Source of the DNA: Myxococcota bacterium
GTDB lineage: Bacteria; Myxococcota_A; UBA9160; SZUA-336
Assembly: GCA_965247115.1 (NCBI GenBank)
Contig: CBDFGR010000003.1
Span: forward strand, 2,464,001 to 2,528,000
Reading direction: 5' to 3'
DNA: 64,000 nucleotides
The notes beneath the pieces were generated by a model. That model searched no databases, was not told the DNA's origin, and worked only from the letters and a program-made list of their open reading frames with translations. The position numbers and the translations under genes were made by a program. How positions within the stretch are numbered: the stretch's first letter is position 1; each line of letters starts with the position of its first letter. Positions 18,857 through 29,756 of the stretch are shown in pieces.

Positions 18857-20129
18857 CCTCAGGATCAATCACTTCCAGCTTGGGAATCGGGATCACAATC
18901 TTGGCTCCCCAAGCTTTTGTGTACTGCAGCTGCTCCAAGACTTCGTCTCGCAGGTTCCATGGCAGAATCAGGATATAGTCGGGTCGAGTCTGCTCGAGAC
19001 GGTCTGGTGGGAAGATCGGGATGTGCGTGCCTGGCAGGAATTTTCCCTGCTTGTGCGGGTTGCGGTCAACTGTGTAGTCGATGAAGTCCGTTCGAACCCC
19101 GCAGTAGTTCAGAAGCGTGTTTCCCTTTCCTGGCGCTCCGTATCCGGCGATCGTCTTCCCTGCGGTCTTTGCGTCGACCAGGAACGAGAGGAGATCTCGT
19201 TTCGTCTGCTCAACATGCGGCGCGAAACCGGCGTAGCCCTCGAGCGAATCCAGCTGCGCATCTCGCTCGAGCGTTCGCAAGGCCTCGAGTCGATCTTGGA
19301 CTGAATTCGAATCATCTTCGGCGTGTCTCGCCCATATCCGGAGCGAGCCGCCGTGCGTAGGCAGCTCCTCGACGTCGAATAGCGCGAGTCCCTGGTCGGC
19401 AAAAATGCGCTCCGTCGTTACAAGCGAGAAGTATGAGAAATGCTCATGATAGATGGTGTCGAACTGGTTCCCGCGAATTAGCCGCAAGAGGTGCGGAAAC
19501 TCCATCGTCACCGTACCGCCTGGCCTGAGGAGGGTTTTCACGCCCCCCACGAAGTCGGTGAGGTCGGGAACCTGAGCCAGCACGTTGTTCCCTATGATGA
19601 GATCTGCGCATCTCCCCTCCGCCGCGAGTTCGCGGGCCGTCTCCTGACCGAAGAACTTCACAAGAGTCGGTACGCCCTTCTGGTTAGCTGCTGCCGCGAT
19701 GTTGGTAGCAGGTTCGATGCCGAGACAGGGGATGCCGTTCTCAACAAAGTTGCAGAGCAAGTATCCGTCGTTGCTCGCGAGTTCAACCACAAAGCTCTGA
19801 TCTGTGAGGCCGAGTCGGCCCACAACCTCCCGAGAGTAATCTGCTGCGTGCGCGAGCCAGCTGCTGGAATATGACGAGAAATACGCGTAGTCGGAGAAGA
19901 TCTCCTCCGGGTGAACGTACTCGCTTAGCTGAACGAGAAGGCAATCTGCGCAGACAAAGGCCGAGAGAGGGTAGAAGGGTTCCATCCGGTCCAACTCGTG
20001 CGCCGCGAGGTAGCTCTCGCACAGGGGGGACATCCCGAGATCTACGAAGGTCTCGGTGCGGGAGGAGCCGCAAAAGCGACAGGTACGTCGGGGGGCTTGA
20101 GTCTCCTCGCGCATCTCGCTCTCCGGCAC
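18849..20129 (-). CDS. NDP-hexose 3-C-methyltransferase
   Basis: CRFC..CADC, ELASNDGYLL, FDTIYHEHFSYFS, THGGSLR, YGAPGKGNTLLN. Confidence 0.9.
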   Translation of the reverse strand: MPESEMREETQAPRRTCRFCGSSRTETFVDLGMSPLCESYLAAHELDRMEPFYPLSAFVCADCLLVQLSEYVHPEEIFSDYAYFSSYSSSWLAHAADYSREVVGRLGLTDQSFVVELASNDGYLLCNFVENGIPCLGIEPATNIAAAANQKGVPTLVKFFGQETARELAAEGRCADLIIGNNVLAQVPDLTDFVGGVKTLLRPGGTVTMEFPHLLRLIRGNQFDTIYHEHFSYFSLVTTERIFADQGLALFDVEELPTHGGSLRIWARHAEDDSNSVQDRLEALRTLERDAQLDSLEGYAGFAPHVEQTKRDLLSFLVDAKTAGKTIAGYGAPGKGNTLLNYCGVRTDFIDYTVDRNPHKQGKFLPGTHIPIFPPDRLEQTRPDYILILPWNLRDEVLEQLQYTKAWGAKIVIPIPKLEVIDPEDD

Positions 20130-20131
20130 TA

Positions 20132-21382
20132 CTAGACGATCTCTGGGGCCGGGAGGGGAATTATGAACTTGCCACCCCGTTCCCGGTACGCTTGCTGCTG
20201 GGCGAGGATCTCGTCCTTGTAGTTCCAGGCCAGAAGCAGCACGTAGTCTGGCATCTCTCGCAGGAGCTTGGCGGGAGGGTGGATCCTGAGGCGGCTTCCC
20301 GGAGTGTAGCGACCGTGCTTGTGCGAGTTCGCATCTACGGCGAACTCCAGCGCACCTTGCTCTAGATGGAGGTAGCTGAGCAACGTCGTGGCCATGCCAC
20401 CGGCCGCTCCGTAGGCTGCGATCTTCTTGCCCTTCCTCTTGAGGTCCGCGATGAGATCCACCAACCGGCTGCGAGTCTCTTTGGTCCTGGCGGCGAATGT
20501 CGCGTAGTAGTCGGACCGCGCAATACCTTTAGCGGCTTCCTCGGCCAAGAGCTTACTCACTGAGTCCTGGACCCTTTCGCTGGGCTCGAGGAAGAGTCGC
20601 AGGGAGCCTCCGAAGGTCGGAAGGTGCTTGAACTCGTTGAGGTAGAGGCCGTGGCGGCGGAAAAGTCGGTCCAGCGCTGTCGCGGAGAAGTAGCAGACAT
20701 TCTGGTGGAAGATCATGTCGAACTGGCCCTGATCCAGTAGCGTGACTGCGTAGGGCACCTCGAGGACGCAGGCCCCGTCATCCTTGAGTAGGATTTTGAC
20801 CCCCTCCGCGAAGTCATCCAGATCAGAGACCAGGTTGAGTACATTGTTGCCGAGCACCAGATCTGCGCTGGAGCCCTGACTGACGAGTTCTCTGGCCAGA
20901 TCCGCGCTGAAGAACTCACATAAGGTCGGGACACCGGCCTCCCTGGCCACATGGGCGGGTCCACTGGCAGGGTCGATGCCGACGACCTCTATACCCTGTT
21001 CGGAAAACACTCGAAGCATGTAGCCATCGTTGCTCGCGATTTCTATAGCGCGATGGCCGGAGCCCAGCGCGAGGCGCTCGATCAGTTCGTCTGCGCTAGT
21101 GGCGAAGTGGCGAGTTAGGGATGGCAGACTCGAGGTGTAGTAGGGGTACTCACCGCGGTAGAGCAGATCCTGCGGCAACGTGTCCATCAGCTGCACCAGC
21201 GTGCACGTCGGACAGAAGCTCAGGTTGAGGGGAAAGATCGGATCGGGCTCGGAGAGTTGCTCATCGGTCAGGATCAGATCGGCGACCGGTGTGGGGCCAA
21301 ACGACAGAATCAGCTCGAGATCGGAGCGGCAGGCTCGGCAGGTTCGTCTCTGCTCGGCCATGTGCGATCCGCATTTGGTCAA
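20132..21382 (-). CDS. NDP-hexose C-methyltransferase paralog
   Basis: [38 protein letters not shown]. Confidence 0.85.
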   Translation of the reverse strand: MTKCGSHMAEQRRTCRACRSDLELILSFGPTPVADLILTDEQLSEPDPIFPLNLSFCPTCTLVQLMDTLPQDLLYRGEYPYYTSSLPSLTRHFATSADELIERLALGSGHRAIEIASNDGYMLRVFSEQGIEVVGIDPASGPAHVAREAGVPTLCEFFSADLARELVSQGSSADLVLGNNVLNLVSDLDDFAEGVKILLKDDGACVLEVPYAVTLLDQGQFDMIFHQNVCYFSATALDRLFRRHGLYLNEFKHLPTFGGSLRLFLEPSERVQDSVSKLLAEEAAKGIARSDYYATFAARTKETRSRLVDLIADLKRKGKKIAAYGAAGGMATTLLSYLHLEQGALEFAVDANSHKHGRYTPGSRLRIHPPAKLLREMPDYVLLLAWNYKDEILAQQQAYRERGGKFIIPLPAPEIV

Positions 21383-22383
21383 CAGGTTTCCAGGAGGCTG
21401 AATCGTTTTGTAAGCGCTCTTAGCCTGACGAAGCGATCGGATTCAAAGTGCTGCTTTGAGAAGCCGTAGTCGACCATCTTCGAGTGGAGCTCTTCCAGCC
21501 CGGAGTCCAAGGTGTACGCCAGCTTGAAGTTGGGCAGAATCTCGTTCAATAGGTCGAATCTCACGCGATAGTCTCGGGGATCGGCGCCAGTTTCGCCGGT
21601 GAATACAACAGCTGCACTGGGAATGAGCCTCTTGACGCTCTCCGCAACGTCCTTGACCTGGTAGTTCTCATCGTTGCCGCCTACGTTGACGGCCTTGTTG
21701 TGGATCATGTCGCGAGGTGCGCTGGCAAAGGCGCAGAACGCCCGCGCGATGTCCCGGCAGTGGATCAAAGGCCTCCACGGAGTGCCGTCGCTCATGATGC
21801 GGATCTCCCCGTAGGACATGGCCGAAGCGAGCAGGTTATTGACTACCAGGTCTACCCGGAGCATGGGCGAGTAGCCGTAGGCCGTTGCGTTCCGCAGGTA
21901 TGTCGGCGTGAATTCGTCATCCGCCAGTTCGGACACGCCGGTTTCGGTCTCGATCTTCGAACGTGCGTACGCGCTAAGGGGTGCAAGGGGATCTCCCTCT
22001 TCCAGGTCGAGCTTCTCGCCCGCTCCGTATACCGAACAGCTTCCCGAGAAGAGAAATCGCGCAACCCCCGCCTGCTTGGCGAGCTTTGCAATGCGAATCG
22101 AGGCATCCCGGTTGACGCTGTACGTAATCTCTTCGTTGAGGTCTCCCATCGGATCATTGGAGATCGCGGCCAAGTGCATCACGCAGTCGTAGCCCTCGAG
22201 ATCTCCTATGGAGAGAGTTCGGATATCTCGCGGGAGCTCCTCGTCCGGCTGAGGTAGCTCAGCGAATTCGCATCCGTCGAAGAGGCCGAGATCGCACCCC
22301 GTTACCGAGTGCCCCTCGGCTTTCAAGAGCTCGACTAGGTGAGTCCCGATATAGCCTCTATGACCGGTGACTAGCGTCTTCAT
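21379..22383 (-). CDS. NAD-dependent nucleotide-sugar epimerase/dehydratase
   Basis: [29 protein letters not shown]. Confidence 0.9.
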   Translation of the reverse strand: MKTLVTGHRGYIGTHLVELLKAEGHSVTGCDLGLFDGCEFAELPQPDEELPRDIRTLSIGDLEGYDCVMHLAAISNDPMGDLNEEITYSVNRDASIRIAKLAKQAGVARFLFSGSCSVYGAGEKLDLEEGDPLAPLSAYARSKIETETGVSELADDEFTPTYLRNATAYGYSPMLRVDLVVNNLLASAMSYGEIRIMSDGTPWRPLIHCRDIARAFCAFASAPRDMIHNKAVNVGGNDENYQVKDVAESVKRLIPSAAVVFTGETGADPRDYRVRFDLLNEILPNFKLAYTLDSGLEELHSKMVDYGFSKQHFESDRFVRLRALTKRFSLLETC

Positions 22384-22463
22384 GCGGGAAGTGGAATGTT
22401 GACGTCGGTCTTCGATCAATGCAAGACTGCTCTGAAGGAGCTGGCGGGAGAACGGTCGACGCG

Positions 22464-23402
22464 ATGGAGCCCGCGCTTACGACGGTTGTCATCGTGACGT
22501 ATCAGTCCAGTGTGACTGTGCGGGATGCACTCAACTCTCTGCGTGAGCCGTGCTCGAATAGGCAACTCCGGTGCATCGTCGTTGATAACGCGAGCTCGGA
22601 TGGAACGCTCGAGCTTTTGAGGCAAGAGACGGACTGGCTGGAGCTGATCGAGTTTCCCGTCAATGTAGGGTACGGCAGGGCCTGCAATCGAGCCTGGGGG
22701 GAATCCAGGACTCCGTACGTGCTCTTTCTGAATCCCGACGCCAGGCTAGAGATGTCGGCACTCAGCATGCTCGTCGACTTCATGGAGGAGCATCCAAAGG
22801 CGGGAATCGTAGCCCCTGCTCTGATCGACGCGGAGGGGAACTCTCATCTAGTGGGGGGTCTCCCGACACCGTGGGGGGTCGTGGGGGCTAGCCTGCGCTT
22901 GCGACGGCCTCACCGACAGTGTATCGCCCCAGGTAGCGCTCCGTTCGAGACAGACTGGCTGTGCGGGGCGGTCCAGTTGGTGCGTGGCGAGCTCTGGAGG
23001 CACCTCGGTGGCTTTGATCCCCGTTTCTTTCTGTACTTTGAGGAGACGGACCTGTGTGTTCGTGCACGGCAGGCGGGTTACGAGCTCTGGGCGGTTGGAG
23101 AGGCCGTCGGATTCCATGCGCGGGGTCGGAGTGCCGTTGGTTCAGGACTTCCGCTCAGCGGTAGCATGATCTCGACTCATTTCTATCGCAGCCGCATGTA
23201 CTACCTTGCGAAGCATCACGGATGGCCACAAGCCATTGCCGCCGAGCTCGCGGACGTACTTGGATGTGGTGCCCGGGCGCTGGCTCGCAAGGTCCTTGGC
23301 CGAGATGCTTCTGATCTCGTTGCTCGCTTGCGGGCGCCGATTCTGCGGACTCCCGCAAGGGTGGGGTCTCTCCGCGAACTAGAGCCCTCTCAGTCGAACT
23401 AG
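22464..23402 (+). CDS. Glycosyltransferase family 2
   Basis: VVDNASSDGT, GYGRACN, LNPD, FFLYFEETDLC. Confidence 0.9.
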   Translation: MEPALTTVVIVTYQSSVTVRDALNSLREPCSNRQLRCIVVDNASSDGTLELLRQETDWLELIEFPVNVGYGRACNRAWGESRTPYVLFLNPDARLEMSALSMLVDFMEEHPKAGIVAPALIDAEGNSHLVGGLPTPWGVVGASLRLRRPHRQCIAPGSAPFETDWLCGAVQLVRGELWRHLGGFDPRFFLYFEETDLCVRARQAGYELWAVGEAVGFHARGRSAVGSGLPLSGSMISTHFYRSRMYYLAKHHGWPQAIAAELADVLGCGARALARKVLGRDASDLVARLRAPILRTPARVGSLRELEPSQSN

Positions 23403-24208
23403 TGGCCGGCCTGCTCAACCCCCTTGACCTGGACGCATTGCGAGAGAGCTTCTCTGCTGCAAGGCCATTTCCGTTCGTCCTGATCGAGCAGCTTCTTGAT
23501 CCTGAGTTCGCTCTCGAAGTTGCGGAGTGTTATCCGACCTTCCAGGATTCCGCAGAGCAAGGGTTCCACTTCAATCGTGTGAACGAACAGAAGAAGGTCC
23601 AGATCACGAACGCTGAGGTGTTCCCCGAGCCCGTGAGGCGTCTCAACGACGCACTCGCCGCACCTGAGTTTCTCCGAGACATTGAGTACATCACCAACAC
23701 TCCAAAGCTCCTCGCAGACGAATCCCTGGCCGGAGGTGGGATGCATGTGACCGGGTCCGGTGGACGACTGGACGTTCACGTTGACTTCAACTACGTGGCT
23801 GACAGGCAACTCCATCGCCGACTAAACATCCTGCTCTATCTCAACCCCGAGTGGCAGGACGAGTGGGGAGGCGCGGTGGAGCTCTGGGATCGGCGGGTGA
23901 AGATCTGCCACCACTCGATCAAACCACTGCTGAACCGTTGCGTCCTCTTCGCGACCAGCGAGATCAGCTTCCATGGTGTCGAGCCCGTGGCGTGCCCGAG
24001 TGGCCTGGTTCGGCGGTCATTCGCTGCCTACTACTACACCAAGGAGCCGCCTCCCGAGTTCGATGGACGCCAGCACAGCACGGTGTTCGTTGCACGCCCG
24101 GAAGAGCGCCTACGCAGATACCTGCTGATGCCCGCGGAGAGGCTCCAGCGCAACCTGAGCGGCGGCTTGGAAGCCGCGAAGAAGGTCCTGAAGACATGGC
24201 TGCCCTAG
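23402..24208 (+). CDS. 2OG-Fe(II) oxygenase
   Basis: HVD...FHGV...RRS facial triad and 2OG-binding Arg; start overlaps the GT2 stop. Confidence 0.9.
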   Translation: MAGLLNPLDLDALRESFSAARPFPFVLIEQLLDPEFALEVAECYPTFQDSAEQGFHFNRVNEQKKVQITNAEVFPEPVRRLNDALAAPEFLRDIEYITNTPKLLADESLAGGGMHVTGSGGRLDVHVDFNYVADRQLHRRLNILLYLNPEWQDEWGGAVELWDRRVKICHHSIKPLLNRCVLFATSEISFHGVEPVACPSGLVRRSFAAYYYTKEPPPEFDGRQHSTVFVARPEERLRRYLLMPAERLQRNLSGGLEAAKKVLKTWLP

Positions 24209-24306
24209 GGCCTGTGAAGCGGTTTCGTCTTCCTATCGCCACGTGCGCCCCAAGCTGCAACTCCCCGTTCTCGGCTGGCCAGACCCAAGAGCCATTGCGT
24301 TCCGGC

Positions 24307-26400
24307 CTACTCCGGGGGTGAGCTGTCGAGGGTGAGGCCTTGGATCTGGGCGGGACTCAGGGCCCGCTCGTAGATCCGCACGTCGTCGATCAGGCCGTCG
24401 AACGATTTCGTGCCGGCCCCCTGTGGCTGGTTCCCGATTGCGGCGAGCACGCCGGGATTGGTGTCCAGCGGACCCAACTTCGGCATGTTGCCTACTTCCA
24501 TGCCGTCCTTGTAGATCCGCATCGAGCCGCCGTCGTACACCGCTGCTACGTGCGTCCACACTCCGGGCGACAGATCCCCCGAGGACGCGATCAGTGTCGT
24601 CGTCGCTCCGAGCGTGCGCAGGCGGAAGCGCAGCCGCGTGAGGCCGCCCGACTCAATCGTGCTCACCATCCAGTAGTGGGCGGCCGACGCGGCCCCCGTC
24701 GCCTTGGAGATCAGGCGCCCGTCCTGAGATCCGCCCCCGAAGCCGTTCGCTTTGAACCACAGCGCGATCGTGAGAGGCTCGCCCAGGATGTCGAGACCGC
24801 CGAGATCGATGAGATCGTTGGTATCGAACTCGAGCGCGGAACCGCCTCCGTCCGGAGTGTCCGCCACCCACTGTGGGCCCACCAGGTTGCCCGCGTTCCC
24901 GTTCCCGCTGTCGTCCGAGGCTACCGCGCCAAACCCCTCGTCGAAGCGCCAGTGGGCGATCAGAGCGGGGTCCCCCGGCGGAATCACCTGGACCGCCACC
25001 AACTTGCGAATCCAACCATCCTGCTTCGTGGTGACGTGAAGCTCCCCAGCAAGGTCGATGGCAAACCGGAGATCCGTCCGGCCGATACCGGGGTCTCCCA
25101 GCGCGATCCGCACGATCTCCAAGAGCGTCTTATGCTCTCCTTCGTGCAAAAGACTCAGTTCATACACAGGCGCGGTGGTAGATGGATCGTCGTCATCCGC
25201 AGCGACGAGATCGCTCACAGCTGAGTAGAAGATTCGACCGTTCACAATATCGCCGAATACGAACTTCCCGCGTAGCTCGGCAATGGATCCGCGATACACA
25301 AACCCCCCTGCTATCGCTCGGCCCTCATCATGGTCATACTGGGCGACCGGGTATCTGAACCCGAAACCGGCATCGTTGCCGGGCAAGCCGAATACAGTCT
25401 GCGGATCCGTGGCCACGTCAATCGCGAAGGTCCCCTCGCGCAGCGGCCAGCCATAGTTCCCGCCCTCTGTGAGAAGGTTGACCTCCTCGATGTTCGCCTC
25501 CCCGATGTCGCTGACGATTGCGGCAAGCAGGCCGTCTGGGTCCCAAGAGATGCGATGCGCGTTGCGGAACCCGTGCGCATAGATCTCACCGAGCGTGTCG
25601 GGGTCTCCGTCGTTAGCGTAGGGGTTGGTGCTCGGAATTCCGTAGAAGTAGGTCGTGCCGTTCCTCATGAACGGTCCGCCTAGTGGATCGATTCGCATTA
25701 GCGCACCAAAGGGAGTATCGAGCCGCTGTAGTTGCTCTGGCTGACCCGTCTGCACGGAGCCAAAGTCGCCCGCAGCGACGTATAGGAGTCCGTAGTCGGA
25801 GTCCGCGGGTGTCGCAGTGGGATTGAAGGCGATCTCGCCCAGGTTGTGAAAGTGGTGCGGGGCTGCAATCCGCATCAGCTCTCGAGATGTTCCCGAGAAG
25901 GTGTTGGCTCCTGGATCGCTGGCCTGCCACTCGGTCAACACCGAATGCTGGACGATCGGCGCAGGTACCGCGGGCCCAAGGTTCGCCAGAGTCGATCCCA
26001 CGAACTCTGAGTGGACCGTATAGAACAGGCCGTTGATCCCAAACTCGGGATCCAAGGCGAAGCTGACGAACCCAGACGCGAGCCCAGGATTGATCTTCAG
26101 AAGTGAGAAATCCGCGCTTAAGTCTAGATATGTCTCGGGGATGCCAAATTCGATCACGTATAGCGGACCGTTCAAGTCGTTCACAAAGAGTCGGCCGCTT
26201 CCGTCTGGCGCTTCCCTCAGAACGTTGACTCGTGCGTGTGGTGGTGACGGGGAGCTGAACGGAACCTGGACAACGTCCTCGATGACTACAGTCAGCCCGT
26301 CATCGAGTATCGGGCCGGAAAGCATGCCGGCGAGTGCCGTCGAGCCCGAACAGAGAACGAGCGAGATCGCCACAAGCCAACCAGAATGTAGCCGTATCAT
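24307..26400 (-). CDS. Secreted PQQ-type glucose/sorbosone dehydrogenase beta-propeller with C-terminal LamG domain
   Basis: Signal peptide, HNLG, GFRNAHR, DIGEANIEE, GGNYGWP; AHWRFDEG..WTHVAAVYDG..IDDVRIY. Confidence 0.85.
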   Translation of the reverse strand: MIRLHSGWLVAISLVLCSGSTALAGMLSGPILDDGLTVVIEDVVQVPFSSPSPPHARVNVLREAPDGSGRLFVNDLNGPLYVIEFGIPETYLDLSADFSLLKINPGLASGFVSFALDPEFGINGLFYTVHSEFVGSTLANLGPAVPAPIVQHSVLTEWQASDPGANTFSGTSRELMRIAAPHHFHNLGEIAFNPTATPADSDYGLLYVAAGDFGSVQTGQPEQLQRLDTPFGALMRIDPLGGPFMRNGTTYFYGIPSTNPYANDGDPDTLGEIYAHGFRNAHRISWDPDGLLAAIVSDIGEANIEEVNLLTEGGNYGWPLREGTFAIDVATDPQTVFGLPGNDAGFGFRYPVAQYDHDEGRAIAGGFVYRGSIAELRGKFVFGDIVNGRIFYSAVSDLVAADDDDPSTTAPVYELSLLHEGEHKTLLEIVRIALGDPGIGRTDLRFAIDLAGELHVTTKQDGWIRKLVAVQVIPPGDPALIAHWRFDEGFGAVASDDSGNGNAGNLVGPQWVADTPDGGGSALEFDTNDLIDLGGLDILGEPLTIALWFKANGFGGGSQDGRLISKATGAASAAHYWMVSTIESGGLTRLRFRLRTLGATTTLIASSGDLSPGVWTHVAAVYDGGSMRIYKDGMEVGNMPKLGPLDTNPGVLAAIGNQPQGAGTKSFDGLIDDVRIYERALSPAQIQGLTLDSSPPE

Positions 26401-27052
26401 TTCCGGCTCCTGGCGTACCCTATCGGCACGTGGTCCTCTAGGATGATAGCCGTGACCTCCGACGAGACCGCTTGCCCGCGCCTTCCGTTGAACATCCCGG
26501 CTCTGTGGCAGGAGCCGCGGGCGCGGATAGGCACTGCTCCGCGAACGGCCGTGACTGAAAGCTAGATCGGTAGGTTACGGCTCTTCTGTCTCTTTATCGG
26601 GGCTTGCCAACGTGGTTGTCGCCGGTTCGAGTCCACCACAAGCGCGGGTCTCGGGGGCGAACTCATCGAGTGGCTCAACCGCTTCTGACGAGCTCAAATT
26701 GGCCCACAGTGGTCTGCACCAGCCTTTCGATGCGCCTGGTGATCTCTTCGCCGGTCATAGCAGCCCCACTGAGTGGGAGCGCCTCTTCCGAGAAGGAGCA
26801 GGAGCGCGACGGTCGTCGGCTCAGCCCTTTATGGAGGAGCTCGCGCGCGATGCCCATCCCGTCACCGAGGCGAAGACCGTCCGTCTGCAGCGCCGCGAGA
26901 GCATCGAGGTCCTGAATGGCGCCTGCCTCCAGGCGTCGGAGCAGCCCGGCGGCTACTGACTTCGTTCTCAAGACGAATCTGCCCCCACCGATCCGAAGCC
27001 GTGACGCCGTAGCGCCCATGCCACCAGGAGATATAGTCCGGACGGAAGGAGC

Positions 27053-28045
27053 GTGATGCCGAACGCAGCATTCTGGGACGGGAGGACTGTCCTCGTAACC
27101 GGCGCCACAGGGTTTCTGGGCGGCTGGGTTGTGAGGCGACTTCTCGAGTACCAATGTCGAGTGGTCGCCCTCGTGCGGCGTCCCCGTCCCGAGTCGCAGT
27201 TCTATCTAGAGGGATTCGACAGTCTCGTACTGATGGAATCGGGTTCTGCGGACGACGCCGCAAAGATCGATTCGATCATCGACCGTCATCCGATAGAAGC
27301 CGTGTTCCATATCGCAGCCTTTTGCGACGTGACGAAGGTCATCGACAATCCGGTCGAGTGCTTCCGTTCGACCATCCAAAGCACCTGGAACATCCTCGAG
27401 AGCGTGCGGTGCAAGAATCCCGAGTGTGTCGTGGTCGTGAGCTCCTCCGACAAAGCCTACGGCGTCCAAGAGATGCCGCTACGAGAAACCCAGTGCCTCA
27501 ACCCCCTGCACGCCTACGACACGGCAAAGGCCTCGCAAGACCATATCGCCCAAACATACGGCCGAGCCTACGGGCTCCCTGTGGCCATCACGCGCTGCGG
27601 AAACTACTTTGGTGGGTACGACTTCACCTTCACTCGGATCATCCCCGGTACAATCCGAAGTGTCGCTAGCGGCGAACGGCCGGTTCTTCGCTCCGATGGC
27701 CGCTTTACTCGAGACTTCCTCCACATCGATGACGCCGTCGACGTTCAACTCCTCGTAGCTGAACAACTCATCGAAGGAGCCAAAATTCGGGGGGAACCGT
27801 TCAACTTCTCCTACGGGGTCGAGCTCGAAGTGATCGATATCGTCCACCGCATCTTGCAGATCATGAAGTCTGACCTCGAACCCATCGTGAGGGACGAGGT
27901 TCAGTCAGAGCTCCGATTCCTCGCGCTGTCGACTGAAAAAGCCCGCGCCGTCTTGGGCTGGGAACCCGAGCTGGGCTTTGACGCGGGGCTTGAGCGCACT
28001 GTCGAGTGGTACACCGACTATTTTGCCGAGCCCTCCCCCACCTGA
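27053..28045 (+). CDS. CDP-glucose 4,6-dehydratase-like extended SDR
   Basis: FWDGRTVLVTGATGFLG, SSDKAYG, YDTAK, RCGNYFGG. Confidence 0.85.
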   Translation: MMPNAAFWDGRTVLVTGATGFLGGWVVRRLLEYQCRVVALVRRPRPESQFYLEGFDSLVLMESGSADDAAKIDSIIDRHPIEAVFHIAAFCDVTKVIDNPVECFRSTIQSTWNILESVRCKNPECVVVVSSSDKAYGVQEMPLRETQCLNPLHAYDTAKASQDHIAQTYGRAYGLPVAITRCGNYFGGYDFTFTRIIPGTIRSVASGERPVLRSDGRFTRDFLHIDDAVDVQLLVAEQLIEGAKIRGEPFNFSYGVELEVIDIVHRILQIMKSDLEPIVRDEVQSELRFLALSTEKARAVLGWEPELGFDAGLERTVEWYTDYFAEPSPT

Positions 28046-28442
28046 ACCTGTCCATTCTGTTCCAGACCCCAATCTGGCCCGGCTCGCATCTTGGCGGAGG
28101 AACCGGCCGAGCGAGTGCCGTGGTGTCCGAAGGCCGGCTCTTCCCATCCTGCGGTTCAGTAGAGACCATCGGGTCCGGAGAAGTGTAAGTCTCTAGGTAT
28201 TACCGATAGTTACAGAGTCAGCTGCGAAGCAGAGTCCGGCGCTCGCAAGCTATCTTCTGGTTCTCGCAACAGAGAAGCACGGCTTGTTCGGGGACTCTTC
28301 CAGCGGTTGAGGAGCCGCGGTCGGGACCATTCCTCTAAGCCCGATTGGCGAATCTGCAGAGTTTCCTCACACGTCCGCTGCCGCGATAGGTGTAGAATTT
28401 CACCTCTGGCCCGGTTGGCTTGGTCATCCGGTAGGACCCCAC

Positions 28443-29756
28443 GTGGATACTCGCCTCGAGAACCTGGAACACTTGATCGACCATCGCGAGGCCGAGATGG
28501 GCGTCGTCGGGCTTGGCTACGCTGGACTCCCTCTGGCCGTGGCGTTCGCACAGGCGGGTTTTCGCGTCACCGGGATCGACAGGGATGGGTTCCGGGTCGG
28601 TGAGATCAATGCGGCTCGCTCCTATGTAGGAGACGTCTCTGCTGCAGATCTCCGGCGGCTCGTAGACGATGGGCGCTTGAGAGCTACCTCCAGCTTTCGG
28701 GAGATGGGGAGGCTCGATTGCATCCACATCTGCGTGCCTACGCCGCTGACCCGCACTCGGGAGCCTGACATCTCTCAGCTGCTCTCCGTGATCGAGGAGA
28801 TGCGCAGAACTCTTCGGTCCGGCCAGCTCGTCATTCTTGGCAGTACGACGTATCCCGGCACGACCAGCGAGCTGTTTCTCCCCTTGCTCGAGGAGTGCGG
28901 GCTCAGGGTGGGTGAGGACTTCGCCCTCGCCTTTGCTCCGGAGCGAATCGATCCTGGGAACACCGACTTTGCCCTGCAGCAGATTCCCAAGGTCGTTGGG
29001 GGCGTTACTGAGGCGTGCACTCGGTTAGCCGTCCGTATGTTCCGGACGGTCTTCGACGAAGTCGTGCCGGTCTCGGGTTCGAGCTCAGCCGAGATGGTGA
29101 AGCTACTCGAGAACACTTTTCGCATGATCAACGTCGGCCTCGCCAACGAGGTGGCGATGATCTGCGATCGGCTCGGGCTCGACGTCTGGGAGGTGACGGA
29201 GGCCGCGGCGACGAAACCATACGGCTTCATGAAGTTCGAGCCGGGACCGGGCCTTGGCGGACACTGCATCCCGGTGGATCCAAACTACCTCGCCTGGAAG
29301 CTCCGGAGTCTCAACTACAATGCGCGGTTCATCGAGCTCGCGGGTGAGATTAACGGCGCTATGCCCGGATGGGTCGTGGAGAGGATTGTTCGGCTTCTCA
29401 ACCGCGACAAGCTGGCGGTGAATGGAGCACGGGTCTTGCTCCTGGGTGTCGCATACAAGGCCGACGTGGCGGACACGAGGGAGTCACCTGCGCTCGACAT
29501 CATGGCGCAACTTGGGGAGCTGGGAGCCGACGTGCGATTCCACGACCCCTGGATCCAAGAGGTGGAGGTCGCCGGAACAGCTCATAAGTCCGTGGCTCTC
29601 AGCGACGAGGAACTCGGTGCGGCTCATGTGGCCGTGATCTGTGCCGGGCATCGTGATGTCGACTACGGCCGCGTCGTGCGCCTTGCTCCAAGGGTGTTGG
29701 ACACGCGGAACGCCACGGCGTTGCTTGGACCGAGCCCAAAGGTCGAGAAGCTCTAG
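28443..29756 (+). CDS. UDP-N-acetylhexosamine 6-dehydrogenase (WbpA/WecC family)
   Basis: GLGYAG, CVPTP, PERIDPG, KLLENTFR, GGHCIPVDP. Confidence 0.92.
   Translation: MDTRLENLEHLIDHREAEMGVVGLGYAGLPLAVAFAQAGFRVTGIDRDGFRVGEINAARSYVGDVSAADLRRLVDDGRLRATSSFREMGRLDCIHICVPTPLTRTREPDISQLLSVIEEMRRTLRSGQLVILGSTTYPGTTSELFLPLLEECGLRVGEDFALAFAPERIDPGNTDFALQQIPKVVGGVTEACTRLAVRMFRTVFDEVVPVSGSSSAEMVKLLENTFRMINVGLANEVAMICDRLGLDVWEVTEAAATKPYGFMKFEPGPGLGGHCIPVDPNYLAWKLRSLNYNARFIELAGEINGAMPGWVVERIVRLLNRDKLAVNGARVLLLGVAYKADVADTRESPALDIMAQLGELGADVRFHDPWIQEVEVAGTAHKSVALSDEELGAAHVAVICAGHRDVDYGRVVRLAPRVLDTRNATALLGPSPKVEKL

Noticed and set aside
26600..27000. Possible small gene between the sugar dehydrogenase and the dehydratase
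   Set aside because: ORFs exist on both strands with no motif or clear start; none can be supported
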